Shown here piece after piece: positions 1 to 9,139 of a stretch of 64,000 nucleotides of DNA. The first letter of the stretch is position 1; each line of letters begins with the position of its first letter. The stretch lies in NCBI GenBank assembly GCA_964598125.1, contig CAZRAG010000002.1:373-64372 (forward strand). Direction: 5' to 3'. Under the pieces are notes generated by a model, which was not told the DNA's origin, searched no databases, and was given only the letters and a program-made list of their open reading frames with translations. Position numbers and translations under genes: made by a program. This stretch comes from an uncultured Pseudomonadales bacterium. GTDB taxonomy: Bacteria > Patescibacteriota > Microgenomatia > UBA1400 > UBA1396.

Positions 1-148
1 ATGTTCATCAAGAACAGCCTATCAGACGGGAAAGCAGGTGACAAGCACTGATTTACCGGGGATTTTTTCGGCGTAGTGAACTCAATAGATATTGTGTTTA
101 CTTGGGTATTTGACTGCTACGGTTGGCATAGTTGCTGCAAGTAGGTGA

Positions 149-448
149 TTGATTGTGACCGTCCCAGCTACTACAATGATCTCAGCTATGATGAATGCAT
201 CTTCTCCAACGAACACCTCAATTAACACAACTGACTCAGATAACTCGATAGAAGCACCCACGACAATCAGCCGGACTACCCCAATCACCATAACGGCCAG
301 TGAATTGCGAAAAAGTCCCGGCCAATACTTGGACCGCGTATTTTATCGCGGTGAGAGCTTTATTGTGGAGAGGGCAGGAAAGCCGATGGCGGTGATCGGG
401 CCAGTTAAACCGGAAGAAGAACAAGAATTATGCCATGTTTTTGAGTAA
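149..448 (+). CDS. Phd/YefM-like antitoxin domain protein. The C-terminal ~50 aa resemble the Phd/YefM N-domain. The Thr-rich N-terminus and the true start are uncertain, and no cognate toxin lies downstream.
   Basis: Translation '...[39 protein letters not shown]...' matches the Phd/YefM antitoxin pattern (S/T-E-x-R-x-x-x-x-x-L-D-R-V, then 'G...V.R.GKP.AV'). There is no in-frame ATG or GTG near the start of the domain. Confidence 0.35.
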   Translation: MIVTVPATTMISAMMNASSPTNTSINTTDSDNSIEAPTTISRTTPITITASELRKSPGQYLDRVFYRGESFIVERAGKPMAVIGPVKPEEEQELCHVFE

Positions 449-620
449 TCCTGAGCGACAAACTTCCTACTTGATGATCACGTCTATCATAGGTGAGTGA
501 ATGATCCGAATGACAACCTCCAACTCTTCCCGCAAAAGTTCGTTGATTCAATAATGGTCTCTTCTTCGATTTGGCGACGCCTTCTACGGTTCTAATGGAC
601 CAGGTGGTGATTATTACGAT

Positions 621-1220
621 TCATTGATACAACTCATCAAGGAGGCTCTTCGTTTCCATGTCCCTTTGGGCTTGTGTTTTCTGATCTCTATCCGTCACCG
701 TCTCGAATTCGAGTTCAAGAAACTTATCAACTCCTCCGAATTCTCGAAATAATTCGGCTGCCTCTTGCATTAACTCACTCCAGGAATTGGTATTTAATCC
801 CGTCCCTTGCCTCGGGTACCCCCAAGCCTCATTTTTACGGGAATTTATACCGATAACTCCAAGCCAACCGTGTTGTTCTGTGTCAATAGAAATTGTGTCG
901 GAACCAGGAATCTGCATAAGGGAATAGGTTGCTTTTTCACCAACCAATTCAATCGTCCGCACTTTACCAGTATGTTCCCTAGCTTCTTGACGTAGTTTCT
1001 CCCCACCGCCTTTGCGGGCATAAGTGTCTGCAATCATTTTGTCTACATCAAATCTGCCTTTTTTGTATTGACCCACCAATCCAATTATTCTGCTTTGGAA
1101 CTCACCCAAGCACAAACCTTCTGCAAAGTCCCTCGGTAGCTTTCCTTTCCCAAAAACGGCAATGGCATCGTCAACTATTGACTCGATTTGTCCTTCGATA
1201 GGTTGTTCCTTCTCTGGCAT
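621..1220 (-). CDS. hypothetical protein
   Basis: 199-aa ORF with ordinary amino-acid composition. No recognisable motif. Confidence 0.5.
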   Translation of the reverse strand: MPEKEQPIEGQIESIVDDAIAVFGKGKLPRDFAEGLCLGEFQSRIIGLVGQYKKGRFDVDKMIADTYARKGGGEKLRQEAREHTGKVRTIELVGEKATYSLMQIPGSDTISIDTEQHGWLGVIGINSRKNEAWGYPRQGTGLNTNSWSELMQEAAELFREFGGVDKFLELEFETVTDRDQKTQAQRDMETKSLLDELYQ

Positions 1221-1366
1221 AAGCTCCTTCTGAATATTTACGTCGAATTATATCATCCTGAGCTCGACAACATGGGCGATGAATCGGTAATTGGCACCTA
1301 AGTAACTATCAATGGGATGTTTTGTGGCGAGAACGGCGCTCGGAAGGGGAGTGGTTCTTTTTGCAT

Positions 1367-1624
1367 TTACCGTTGCCGATAGATCTCGTGCGTGCCAATT
1401 GAGCGCAGCACGATATCATCGTCGCTAAATTGAAAGGTGAACCGATATTGAATGTCGATGCGGGCTTCCCAAACTTCTTCGCGGTTGACCATCTTAGGAG
1501 CTCGTAGAGAGGGGTGCTGGGGGTCTTTTACTAAGCGGCGAAGCTGCCGATCAAACTTTTCCCGGACGATTGCAGGTAACTTCTTATACTGCTTGGCAAA
1601 TGGTCGAAGATAGACCACCTTCAT
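1367..1624 (-). CDS. RelE/ParE-family type II toxin (mRNA interferase-like)
   Basis: 85 aa 'MKVVYLRPFAKQYKKLPAIVREKFDRQLRRLVKDP...RIDIQYRFTFQFSDDDIVLRSIGTHEIY' follows the RelE/StbE/ParE pattern (start ...F.K....L.......kl..l...P; end '...yRiiy....d..i.vlrigHR..vY'). Its start overlaps the upstream ORF stop by 4 bp. Confidence 0.7.
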   Translation of the reverse strand: MKVVYLRPFAKQYKKLPAIVREKFDRQLRRLVKDPQHPSLRAPKMVNREEVWEARIDIQYRFTFQFSDDDIVLRSIGTHEIYRQR

Positions 1625-1845
1625 ACATGGGCGTGCAGGTCGGCAATGAGCGCCTCCGCGCTGTCAAATTCACGATACTCGCCCTGCGCCAGATTGAAGA
1701 CCACTTTCAATACTCTTGTGTCTCCACCCGGGACATTAACTGTGTTCTTTCCCCTTCTCATTCTAGGGCTAACGATACCAACGGTGACTAACATTTTTTT
1801 ACTCAAAGGAAAAAGTTGGGCTAGAAAATTCGCCCTCACAGTCAA
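1621..1845 (-). CDS. putative antitoxin partner of the RelE/ParE toxin. The start is uncertain; internal Met codons at 1794 and 1761 are alternatives.
   Basis: Small ORF immediately upstream of the toxin on the same strand. Its stop overlaps the toxin start (ATGA-type 4-bp overlap), the classic type II TA arrangement. C-terminus 'EYREFDSAEALIADLHAHV'. Confidence 0.4.
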   Translation of the reverse strand: MTVRANFLAQLFPLSKKMLVTVGIVSPRMRRGKNTVNVPGGDTRVLKVVFNLAQGEYREFDSAEALIADLHAHV

Positions 1846-2008
1846 CCTAATCGCCTTTCCCTTTGCAGTGTTCGCTTATGCAAGGGGAGACTACTCCACC
1901 TTTGTCTTCATGCTCAGATCGATGGAACTCCTTCTCATTTTGGCGATCCACTTCATCTCGCGAGCTAAATCTGAACAAATACCAATTGTATATAATGATC
2001 CCCAGTGA
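1784..2008 (+). CDS. possible small hydrophobic protein (GTG start) translationally coupled to the downstream glycosyltransferase. Weak call.
   Basis: ORF ending with an ATGA overlap into the GT39 gene. Hydrophobic 'LIAFPFAVFAYA...LLLILAIHFI'. It overlaps the antitoxin ORF on the other strand, so support is low. Confidence 0.2.
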   Translation: MTNIFLLKGKSWARKFALTVNLIAFPFAVFAYARGDYSTFVFMLRSMELLLILAIHFISRAKSEQIPIVYNDPQ

Positions 2009-3402
2009 AACTCTCAGATTGGAACTTCAGCAAACCCACTTTCTTGGTCTTCTTCATTCTTATTATCGGGATGGGGTTACGTCTATGGAACCTTGGCCAA
2101 GTTCCCCCTCGCGGCGAAACCGCCGATGAATACGCCTGGATTTTCCTGGGCAGTTCCCTCATTCAGGAACACCAGCCTATTGCTTGGTCCTATTTCCCCT
2201 ATCCGGAGTACGATCATCGAACCATTCAGGGAATGTACTTTCCCATGGTCTCGCCAGCGATGGATCACCCGCCAGCTTTTAGCCTCATTCCTGGCCTGGT
2301 TCAAACTCTTGGTGGGCAGTCATGGGATAATCCGCTGTCATTCTTTTGGCTACGGCTCCCAATGGTCGGACTTTCTGTCCTTACAATGGTTTTGCTCTAT
2401 CGCTGGTCGCTCTCCTGGATGGACTCGCGGGCGGCTCTCCTCACTTTGGCGCTCTACGCCGTTAGTCCTACAACCGCTCTTGGCAACCGAATGATTCTCG
2501 CAGAAAACCTGATTACCCCGCTTGTTCTCGGACAACTCTTGTTGTTAGACCAACCCTTGCGTTCTCGTTGGGCTCAGTGGGGAGTTCAGATCATCAATTT
2601 CCTACACCCACTCACCAAAATTGCGGCTCTTGTTTTTTCCTTTGTCCATCTGGTTGTTCTAGCCACTGAAAAGCGCTGGCACGAGACACTCACAGTCCTG
2701 GCCAGCGTTCTTTTTGGAATTGCGGTTTTGACCTTCTACGTTTCACTGTTTGACCCTGAACAGTTTCTGCAAATCCAGATGCTTCAGGGCTCATTTCGTC
2801 ATACCACGTTTTTGACGACACTCCTGGCTTTCTTTGGCAAACCCAAGGCCATTGATACGGTGTTCTTTGATGGACTCCTGACCGCTGCTAAATTTGCCTT
2901 TATCGTCCTGGCTTTCAATCTTCCCGCGAAACTGCCGGTAAAGCGGATGTACATTTTTAGTTTGACGTATATGCTCTTTTTGGCAGCTACAGTTGGTGAA
3001 TGGGTACAGTCGCCTGGCACTGGCGGTGGGCATGGCAGTTATGGATGGTACTGGTACCCGCTGTATCCGTTCTTTTTTGCCGCCCTGGGGTACATTTTGT
3101 GGCAAACCATCAGCGCCGGAAAACGCGCCGCATTTCTTATTCTTTCACTCTTTTTGATTCTGCAATTACGGCTTGTTTTTCTTTATTCAGGTTGGATCAC
3201 GCTTGGTCAAGGCGGAATACCTGATCTTGTGGTTTTGACTATTCTTGGCGTTATTGGTGTTCAGGCATTTCTCCCTGAGAAGCTCTGGCAGAAAACAAGT
3301 TGGGCTGTTGTGGCAATCATTCTTCTGGCCAGTGTTGCCAGCATACTCATATTCAATGAGGGGGCGTATTTCCAGGAAGCGACCTATTTCACCGTTATCT
3401 GA
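2005..3402 (+). CDS. GT-C fold membrane glycosyltransferase, family 39 (ArnT/PMT-like)
   Basis: 465 aa, multi-pass. N-terminal 'GLRLWNLGQVPPRGETADEYAWIF' matches the GT39 first-loop 'RL.nL......DE' motif. It has a large hydrophobic core. Confidence 0.75.
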   Translation: MKLSDWNFSKPTFLVFFILIIGMGLRLWNLGQVPPRGETADEYAWIFLGSSLIQEHQPIAWSYFPYPEYDHRTIQGMYFPMVSPAMDHPPAFSLIPGLVQTLGGQSWDNPLSFFWLRLPMVGLSVLTMVLLYRWSLSWMDSRAALLTLALYAVSPTTALGNRMILAENLITPLVLGQLLLLDQPLRSRWAQWGVQIINFLHPLTKIAALVFSFVHLVVLATEKRWHETLTVLASVLFGIAVLTFYVSLFDPEQFLQIQMLQGSFRHTTFLTTLLAFFGKPKAIDTVFFDGLLTAAKFAFIVLAFNLPAKLPVKRMYIFSLTYMLFLAATVGEWVQSPGTGGGHGSYGWYWYPLYPFFFAALGYILWQTISAGKRAAFLILSLFLILQLRLVFLYSGWITLGQGGIPDLVVLTILGVIGVQAFLPEKLWQKTSWAVVAIILLASVASILIFNEGAYFQEATYFTVI

Positions 3403-3475
3403 CCCTGCATCATTTCGCCGTCTTGATCATATTCTGTACTCAAACCTTCAATTTCCCGTAGTACACTAAACCAAC

Positions 3476-3667
3476 ATGCGGCTCAGTCGTCTCTTGGTGC
3501 TATTGCTCCTGGCCATTATCGTCGTGGTGGGCGGTTGGGCGATGTATCGTGAGTTCTTTTCCAGAAAGACGTTCTCCTTGAATCAAAAAGCGCTGGAAGA
3601 AGTTGTGGTTCCTCCTCTTGAACGCTTTGAGCTTGAGCTCCGGACAGTAAGTAAAAAAATTCATTGA
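3476..3667 (+). CDS. small membrane-anchored hypothetical protein
   Basis: 63 aa with an N-terminal TM segment 'LLVLLLLAIIVVVGGWAMY', sitting between two glycosyltransferase genes. Confidence 0.3.
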   Translation: MRLSRLLVLLLLAIIVVVGGWAMYREFFSRKTFSLNQKALEEVVVPPLERFELELRTVSKKIH

Positions 3668-3772
3668 AAAATTGTAAACGTGTTTTATCTCATTTCGAAC
3701 GCTTCTGGCTTTAGCCAGCTCGCCGTAGAGAGAAATGGGATAAAACAAAGTTATTACGCTACAATGCACCTT

Positions 3773-4930
3773 ATGCGCATTGCCATGTATACCGACAGTT
3801 TTTATCCGTTTATCGGAGGGGTCAGCACCGCCATCTTTAACCTGGCTCAAATTTTGGCCCAAAATGGGCACGAGATATTCATTCAAGCTCCGCGCTACCC
3901 CACCGAGGCCAACCTTGATGGTTTGCCCTCAAGCGTCCAGGTCCACTACGTCAACTCGGTCAAGGTCTATATGTATCCAGACTTTCGCATTGGTACCGGT
4001 TTGCCCCTTTCGCTCAAAACCATTCGTGAGTTTAATCCGGACGTTATTCATATTCACACGCCTTTAAGCATTGGCATTGAGGGTACGCTCATCGCTAAGA
4101 CTTTGCGTGTCCCCACGGTGCACACCTTTCATACCTACTTTATGGATGAAGATGCTATCCGCCTTATCGGACTCAACAACAAGCACCTTCTCCCACTTAT
4201 TAAACAAGGTGGCTGGAAATTCAACTCTGCTTTTTGTAATCGGTTCAACACTATTATTGCTCCCTCCGAAGCCGTAGCTAAAGACTTGCGGACCCATGGG
4301 GTAAGTAAACCCGTATTTGTCGCCCCCAATATGCTTGATGTCTCTATTTATAGTCCCAAAAAAGGCCGTAAAAAAAAGCTCAACAAACTCATTTTTGTGG
4401 GTCGACTCAGTATTGAAAAACGCGTTGATCTCACCATCCGAACCCTCGCCAAGCTCCGAGAAAAAGATCCTGACTATGAACTCATTCTGATTGGCGATGG
4501 CCCGGATCGGCATGCTCTGTTTGACCTGAGTGTAGAACTGGGCGTGGCTTCAGCGATTACCTGGTATGGCGCGGTTGAGCATCAAAAACTCATCCACAAT
4601 CATCTTTTCCATGAAGGTGACTTGTTTGTGGTGAGTAGCAAATTTGAAACGCAAGGACTCTCAACCCTGGAAGCTATGGCACATGGCTTACCGGTCGTGG
4701 CGGTAAGTTCTGAAACCAACAAAGAAGTCATCGGCAAAGGTGGCATTGCCGTTCGCGATACCGGTGATCCGGAAAAAACCGTTCAGCTGTTAGCCAAAGC
4801 GGTGGAAAAAATGAACGATCATCCAGAAATCCCTTACCCTCAGCTTGCTTACCAGGAAGCCCTCAAGTACAGTCCAGAATCGTTATTCGACATTTACGAA
4901 ATGGTGTATCAAAAAACGAAAGACGCCTAA
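3773..4930 (+). CDS. glycosyltransferase family 4 (GT-B, Glycos_transf_1)
   Basis: 'MRIAMYTDSFYPFIGGVSTAIFNLAQ' N-terminus typical of GT4. 'FVGRLSIEKRVD' and 'ETQGLSTLEAMAHGLPVVA' match the EX7E motif. A TACAAT hexamer lies 7 nt upstream of this ATG, suggesting a leaderless start. An in-frame ATG further upstream at 3764 falls inside that -10 region, which argues against it. Confidence 0.85.
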   Translation: MRIAMYTDSFYPFIGGVSTAIFNLAQILAQNGHEIFIQAPRYPTEANLDGLPSSVQVHYVNSVKVYMYPDFRIGTGLPLSLKTIREFNPDVIHIHTPLSIGIEGTLIAKTLRVPTVHTFHTYFMDEDAIRLIGLNNKHLLPLIKQGGWKFNSAFCNRFNTIIAPSEAVAKDLRTHGVSKPVFVAPNMLDVSIYSPKKGRKKKLNKLIFVGRLSIEKRVDLTIRTLAKLREKDPDYELILIGDGPDRHALFDLSVELGVASAITWYGAVEHQKLIHNHLFHEGDLFVVSSKFETQGLSTLEAMAHGLPVVAVSSETNKEVIGKGGIAVRDTGDPEKTVQLLAKAVEKMNDHPEIPYPQLAYQEALKYSPESLFDIYEMVYQKTKDA

Positions 4931-4952
4931 ACTTTGCAACAAGAAAGACTTT

Positions 4953-5534
4953 ATGTCTCGATTTCTCATCATCGCCCTTGGCAATCCTGGAGAGGAATAT
5001 CAACTCACCCGCCACAATGCGGGTTGGTTTGCCCTTGACCAGCTGCTGGAAAAATGGAATGACCCGTCTATCCCGCTTGTGTGGAAAAACGAGCGCAAGA
5101 TCCAAAGTTTGATCACCAAAATCCAGTACGCTGGCCACGAAATCATCGCCATCAAACCGCAAACGTTCATGAACCGTTCTGGTGAAGCCGTTAAAGCAGC
5201 GCTGCAATGGTATAACCAATGGGACGCGGAAAACCCAGCAGAAAAGATCCCCAATCTCGTGGTGATTCACGACGATCTCGATATTGAGCTTGGGAAATAT
5301 AAGCTCAAGTTCGGTTCCGGACCTCAAATTCACAATGGTGTGAACAACATCCGCTCCCAGATCCACACCGACCAATTCTGGTACGCCCGACTTGGCATCG
5401 ATGGCCGCCTTGGTGACCGAAGTATACCTGGAGAGGCCTATGTCCTGCAAAAACTTTCGCCACAGGAAAAGGTTATTCTTAAGCAATCAATAGACTTATT
5501 AGCGGATGAACTCTTTTACCTTGTCTTTCCCTAG
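4953..5534 (+). CDS. pth: peptidyl-tRNA hydrolase
   Basis: 'MSRFLIIALGNPGEEYQLTRHNAGWFALD...IKPQTFMNRSGEAV...LVVIHDDLDIELGKYKLKFGSGPQIHNGVNNI' matches the Pth signature (GNPG, TRHN, HDD). The longer ORF extending back to 4845 is a spurious upstream extension. Confidence 0.85.
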   Translation: MSRFLIIALGNPGEEYQLTRHNAGWFALDQLLEKWNDPSIPLVWKNERKIQSLITKIQYAGHEIIAIKPQTFMNRSGEAVKAALQWYNQWDAENPAEKIPNLVVIHDDLDIELGKYKLKFGSGPQIHNGVNNIRSQIHTDQFWYARLGIDGRLGDRSIPGEAYVLQKLSPQEKVILKQSIDLLADELFYLVFP

Positions 5535-5604
5535 CACAGAGGAATGCCATTCTTTCAGGCTCTTTTGCCTTGTCATTCCGAACTATTCCCGCTAGAGTAA
5601 GAAA

Positions 5605-6852
5605 ATGCCATTACGGTTTCTCTTTCAGAATTGGTCACGTTTCTCGTTGATTCCCGCACAGCTTCGTTGGCTCTACGTTACCATGCTCTTTCTCCGGTTA
5701 GGTGAAGCCCTATTGACTGTTGTCGGACCAATTTTCCTTTTTCAATTGGCGCCAAAAGTTCCGTACGTAAATCAAATTTTTCCAGACCAGATTAGAACCG
5801 GCTTTCTTTTTGTAGTTCTCTACTTTCTCGCCGAAAAACTGGCCGTTTTGTTGATTGCGCCTTTGGTTTCCCGACTCGAGGTGTCAAAAAATATTCGTCT
5901 TTCATTAACACTCGGTCAAAGCTTAACCCTGCTGAGCGTGATTCTCTTTACCTTTCTCCCTCATAACCTTTGGCTCTTGCTGCTCTTACCTTTTTTCAAA
6001 GCGCTGAATTTACTCTGGTTTTGGACAAGCTACTACATTATGCTCGCCGTTGAGATGGATCTGGAAAAAGTCGGCCAAGAAATGAGTGCTCTGGAAGTGC
6101 TCAGTAAGCTGGCAACACTTATCGCCCCACTTATCGGCGTCTTATTAGTTCCGGTCATCACCTTCAATGGAGTGTTCTGGATTGGCGCCCTGTTTTACTT
6201 TCTCTCGGTCATTTCCCTCATTCTTTTGCCCACTCTGCGTGTTCGCACAACCTGGAAGTGGTCTGATTTTTGGCAAGTCCTCAAAACATCTGCTGGCAGT
6301 AAACAACTTGTAGGCTTGGGTGGAATGTTTTGGGAAAGCGCTGCTATTCTCTTTTTCTGGCCGCTTTTCTTATACATCTTTTTTCATGAAAACATGATTT
6401 CGGTTGGGTACATATTGACAGGCGCAACCCTTGCCTCCTTTATCTTTATCTATCTGTCTGGCTGGATATTTGATCATCGGCGTCGAGAATCAAAGTGGGA
6501 GATTGGTAGTGGCAGCCTCCTCGCCTTCCTTTGGCTTCTTCGTGGCTTGGCTTTCCAATTTCCGCTGTTTTCAATTGTTACCGAAATGCTTGATAAGGTG
6601 CTAGGTGGTGTGTACTATACCCTCTTTACTTCACTTGTTGTATTGCGCATTCGGGCGAATAATTCCATCATCTACGCATACAATCGCCAGATCGCCTTTG
6701 CTTTGGCTCAGGTGATTGGGAGCGTTAGTCTCATTCTCGTTCTCCTGCTCAATCTCCATCTTTCTTGGATGTTCATCAGCTTCTTTGTTGGAGGAATGCT
6801 CGGCCTGCTCTTTGTCAAAAATCGCCAATTGCGGTATCGTCTTGATACATGA
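5605..6852 (+). CDS. multi-pass membrane protein, possibly an MFS-type transporter
   Basis: 415 aa with ~12 predicted hydrophobic helices. No diagnostic MFS motif was seen. Confidence 0.5.
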   Translation: MPLRFLFQNWSRFSLIPAQLRWLYVTMLFLRLGEALLTVVGPIFLFQLAPKVPYVNQIFPDQIRTGFLFVVLYFLAEKLAVLLIAPLVSRLEVSKNIRLSLTLGQSLTLLSVILFTFLPHNLWLLLLLPFFKALNLLWFWTSYYIMLAVEMDLEKVGQEMSALEVLSKLATLIAPLIGVLLVPVITFNGVFWIGALFYFLSVISLILLPTLRVRTTWKWSDFWQVLKTSAGSKQLVGLGGMFWESAAILFFWPLFLYIFFHENMISVGYILTGATLASFIFIYLSGWIFDHRRRESKWEIGSGSLLAFLWLLRGLAFQFPLFSIVTEMLDKVLGGVYYTLFTSLVVLRIRANNSIIYAYNRQIAFALAQVIGSVSLILVLLLNLHLSWMFISFFVGGMLGLLFVKNRQLRYRLDT

Positions 6853-7181
6853 GCGACTCCATCAAAAGCTTGCTCCAACAGTACCAAGTCAGCAACACCG
6901 GGAAGTATGTTTCTCAGGAATTTCAGGATTACGCTTACCGGCTTGCCATGGATTTAAGCACGGCAGAAGACCGCGAAACCATTGGTATGTGCATGCGTTT
7001 GGTCAAAACCAAGCCACGACACTTACTTGAAACTGCCCAAAATTTTGTCAAAGATGCCAATGCTAAAAAGAAGGTGGCCCTGTTTTTATGGAAACTCAAA
7101 GAATTGGAAAAAGAAAAAAAAGCAAAGGACCAGACGAAAGCTGACAAAAATATCCAACCAAAACTCTTTGAGTCTACTTGA
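6849..7181 (+). CDS. hypothetical protein (Lys/Glu-rich C-terminus)
   Basis: Start overlaps the previous stop (ATGA). 110 aa. Confidence 0.4.
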   Translation: MSDSIKSLLQQYQVSNTGKYVSQEFQDYAYRLAMDLSTAEDRETIGMCMRLVKTKPRHLLETAQNFVKDANAKKKVALFLWKLKELEKEKKAKDQTKADKNIQPKLFEST

Positions 7182-7237
7182 GAAGTACGGTGTTTGTTTG
7201 GGTTGTAGTCCCGCAAAAAAAACTCTACCATAAGCCT

Positions 7238-7807
7238 ATGCGCTCAGTTTCGCGTCTCTTCTGGCTATTATTGATTGTCCTTATGATGGGTGTATCTGCC
7301 GGACGCGTTTTTGCGGCTTCCTACACCGTCACCATTTCTGAGACAAAATTCGTCCCTGCTACCCTGAAAATTAAACCTGGTGACACCATTACCTTTATCA
7401 ACACCACTGACTCGACTCAAAGTGCCAAAACCACTTCTAGTGCTGGCTTTAATACTGGCAATATTGGCCCCAACGCCAGTAAATCCGTTACCGTCAGTAC
7501 AGCGGGAACTTATTCCTATACTTCTGCTTTTAATTCCGCTCTTCAGGGCTCCGTAACTGTTGAAGGGGAAACCACAACCACTTCAACCGCGAGCGCCACG
7601 CCAACGGTTACCACCACCAAAGGGGAGCAGCCTCTTCCCGTTTCCGGAACGGCGGAAGTTCTTATGGCCCTTATTGCTGGCGGACTTGGACTCATTGCTT
7701 TTGGAACCTTTACCGAAAAATACGGCACCATTTCTCTGAGTCGGTCAAAGACTCTCGTTGATATTCCACCAGTTTCAGCACACAATGATTCTGGCGATGA
7801 AGAATAA
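7238..7807 (+). CDS. secreted Thr-rich surface protein with a cupredoxin-like beta domain and no Cu ligands. It carries a C-terminal 'LPVSG' + hydrophobic anchor.
   Basis: Signal peptide 'MRSVSRLFWLLLIVLMMGVSAGRVFAA'. 'YTVTISETKFVPATLKIKPGDTITFINTTDS' is cupredoxin-like but has no Cys/His/Met ligands. The C-terminal 'QPLPVSGTAEVLMALIAGGLGLIAFGTF' resembles a sortase-type sorting signal. Confidence 0.55.
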   Translation: MRSVSRLFWLLLIVLMMGVSAGRVFAASYTVTISETKFVPATLKIKPGDTITFINTTDSTQSAKTTSSAGFNTGNIGPNASKSVTVSTAGTYSYTSAFNSALQGSVTVEGETTTTSTASATPTVTTTKGEQPLPVSGTAEVLMALIAGGLGLIAFGTFTEKYGTISLSRSKTLVDIPPVSAHNDSGDEE

Positions 7808-8351
7808 CTTCAGGGCATCCCTCGCCCACTACTGGCAACTCTTTCCTTGGATTGGTTTTGGCCTTTTGTTTTTGGTCGCCCTTGGCGCAGCTCGAGCATT
7901 CTCCCTGAGTGATCCGCATGACTGGTTTATTCAAACTGTTTTGTTTGTTCTGGGCGGTTGGCTCAGTACACTCATTTTTGTTTTTGAGCCACAGGTCAAC
8001 ACCGGCATAGAACAAATTGGGAGCTGGCTAGCCCATGAGGACACCAGCAATCAGCCGGCTACACCAAGTCCAAGTACTCACTCTTGGCTCCGATCCAGTA
8101 CGATTCTTTTCATTTTGCCTATCCTGGCCGTGTATCTCCTGACATCCTCCCAATCGGCAATTGGTTTTGGCTTTTTATGTGGAATATCACTCGTTTATCT
8201 CATTGATATCTGGAAATTTACCCAAGGAAAATTTCCCGCATTTTTGCAGACATACTTTTATCAGAATCCAACACCATCTACTGTTCGTTCACTTATCTTG
8301 GCGTATGGTGTGTACTTTGGACTGTACTGCCTCGCACTCATCTTGCTATGA
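7785..8351 (+). CDS. hypothetical integral membrane protein
   Basis: Multiple hydrophobic helices. The stop is coupled to the lgt start. Confidence 0.45.
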   Translation: MILAMKNNFRASLAHYWQLFPWIGFGLLFLVALGAARAFSLSDPHDWFIQTVLFVLGGWLSTLIFVFEPQVNTGIEQIGSWLAHEDTSNQPATPSPSTHSWLRSSTILFILPILAVYLLTSSQSAIGFGFLCGISLVYLIDIWKFTQGKFPAFLQTYFYQNPTPSTVRSLILAYGVYFGLYCLALILL

Positions 8352-9139
8352 ATTTTTCCTGGTACGGACTTTTGATTGGCCTGGCTTTTTTAATGTTTTG
8401 GCACCTTTTTGAAAGCGTTCTCCTATCAAAGAAAAAAGTTGCAGCCAACCACATTAACTCGGCTATTATTTTCACCGGTTTGGGTGCACTCCTTGGCGCT
8501 CGAATCTACCACCTAACTACTGATTGGCCGCTGTATCAAGCTGCCCCATGGTGGAAACTCTTCGCCGTCTGGCAAGGTGGCTTAGGAATCTTTGGCGCTC
8601 TCCTTGGTGGAGGCTTAGGACTTTTCCTCTGGAAAAAAACAAGTCGTTTTCCGTTGAGCTGGTCAGAAATCAGTGATGCAGCTGCTTTATCACTTCCCGC
8701 CGCCCAAGCACTTGGTCGTTGGGGAAACTTTTTCAATCAAGAACTCTTTGGTCAGCCAAGCACACTTCCCTGGGCAATTTATATTCGTCCGGAAAACCGA
8801 CCAGAAATCTGGAAACAGTTCTCGACATTCCACCCCTTATTTTTCTATGAAAGTTTTTTTTCCTTCACTCTTCTCGCGTTTTTATGGTTTATCAAAAAAA
8901 GACATTCAAATATTTTTCCTATTGGATCCCGCTTTTTCACCAGTTATTACTTTATTGGCTATGGATCTGTCCGGTTCAGTTTGGAACTACTACGTTATCC
9001 CACGCCGCTCGTGTTTGGACTCACTTCCGGACAATGGAGTTCTTTATTTTTAATCGTTATTGGCCTGCTCGCTTTTCCCCGATATTTTCCCCTACAATGG
9101 AGTAAGCATGTGGAAAAAAATGTCAGCCGCCATCTTTAA
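8348..9139 (+). CDS. lgt: prolipoprotein diacylglyceryl transferase
   Basis: 'GRWGNFFNQELFGQPSTLPWAI' matches the Lgt signature (G-R-x-G-N-F-x-N-x-E-L-x-G). It is multi-pass membrane and 263 aa long. Confidence 0.85.
   Translation: MNFSWYGLLIGLAFLMFWHLFESVLLSKKKVAANHINSAIIFTGLGALLGARIYHLTTDWPLYQAAPWWKLFAVWQGGLGIFGALLGGGLGLFLWKKTSRFPLSWSEISDAAALSLPAAQALGRWGNFFNQELFGQPSTLPWAIYIRPENRPEIWKQFSTFHPLFFYESFFSFTLLAFLWFIKKRHSNIFPIGSRFFTSYYFIGYGSVRFSLELLRYPTPLVFGLTSGQWSSLFLIVIGLLAFPRYFPLQWSKHVEKNVSRHL

Noticed and set aside
4845-4952. N-terminal 36-aa extension of pth from the ORF track
   Set aside because: It overlaps the GT4 gene's 3' end. The canonical Pth N-terminus 'MSRFLIIALGNPG' starts at 4953.
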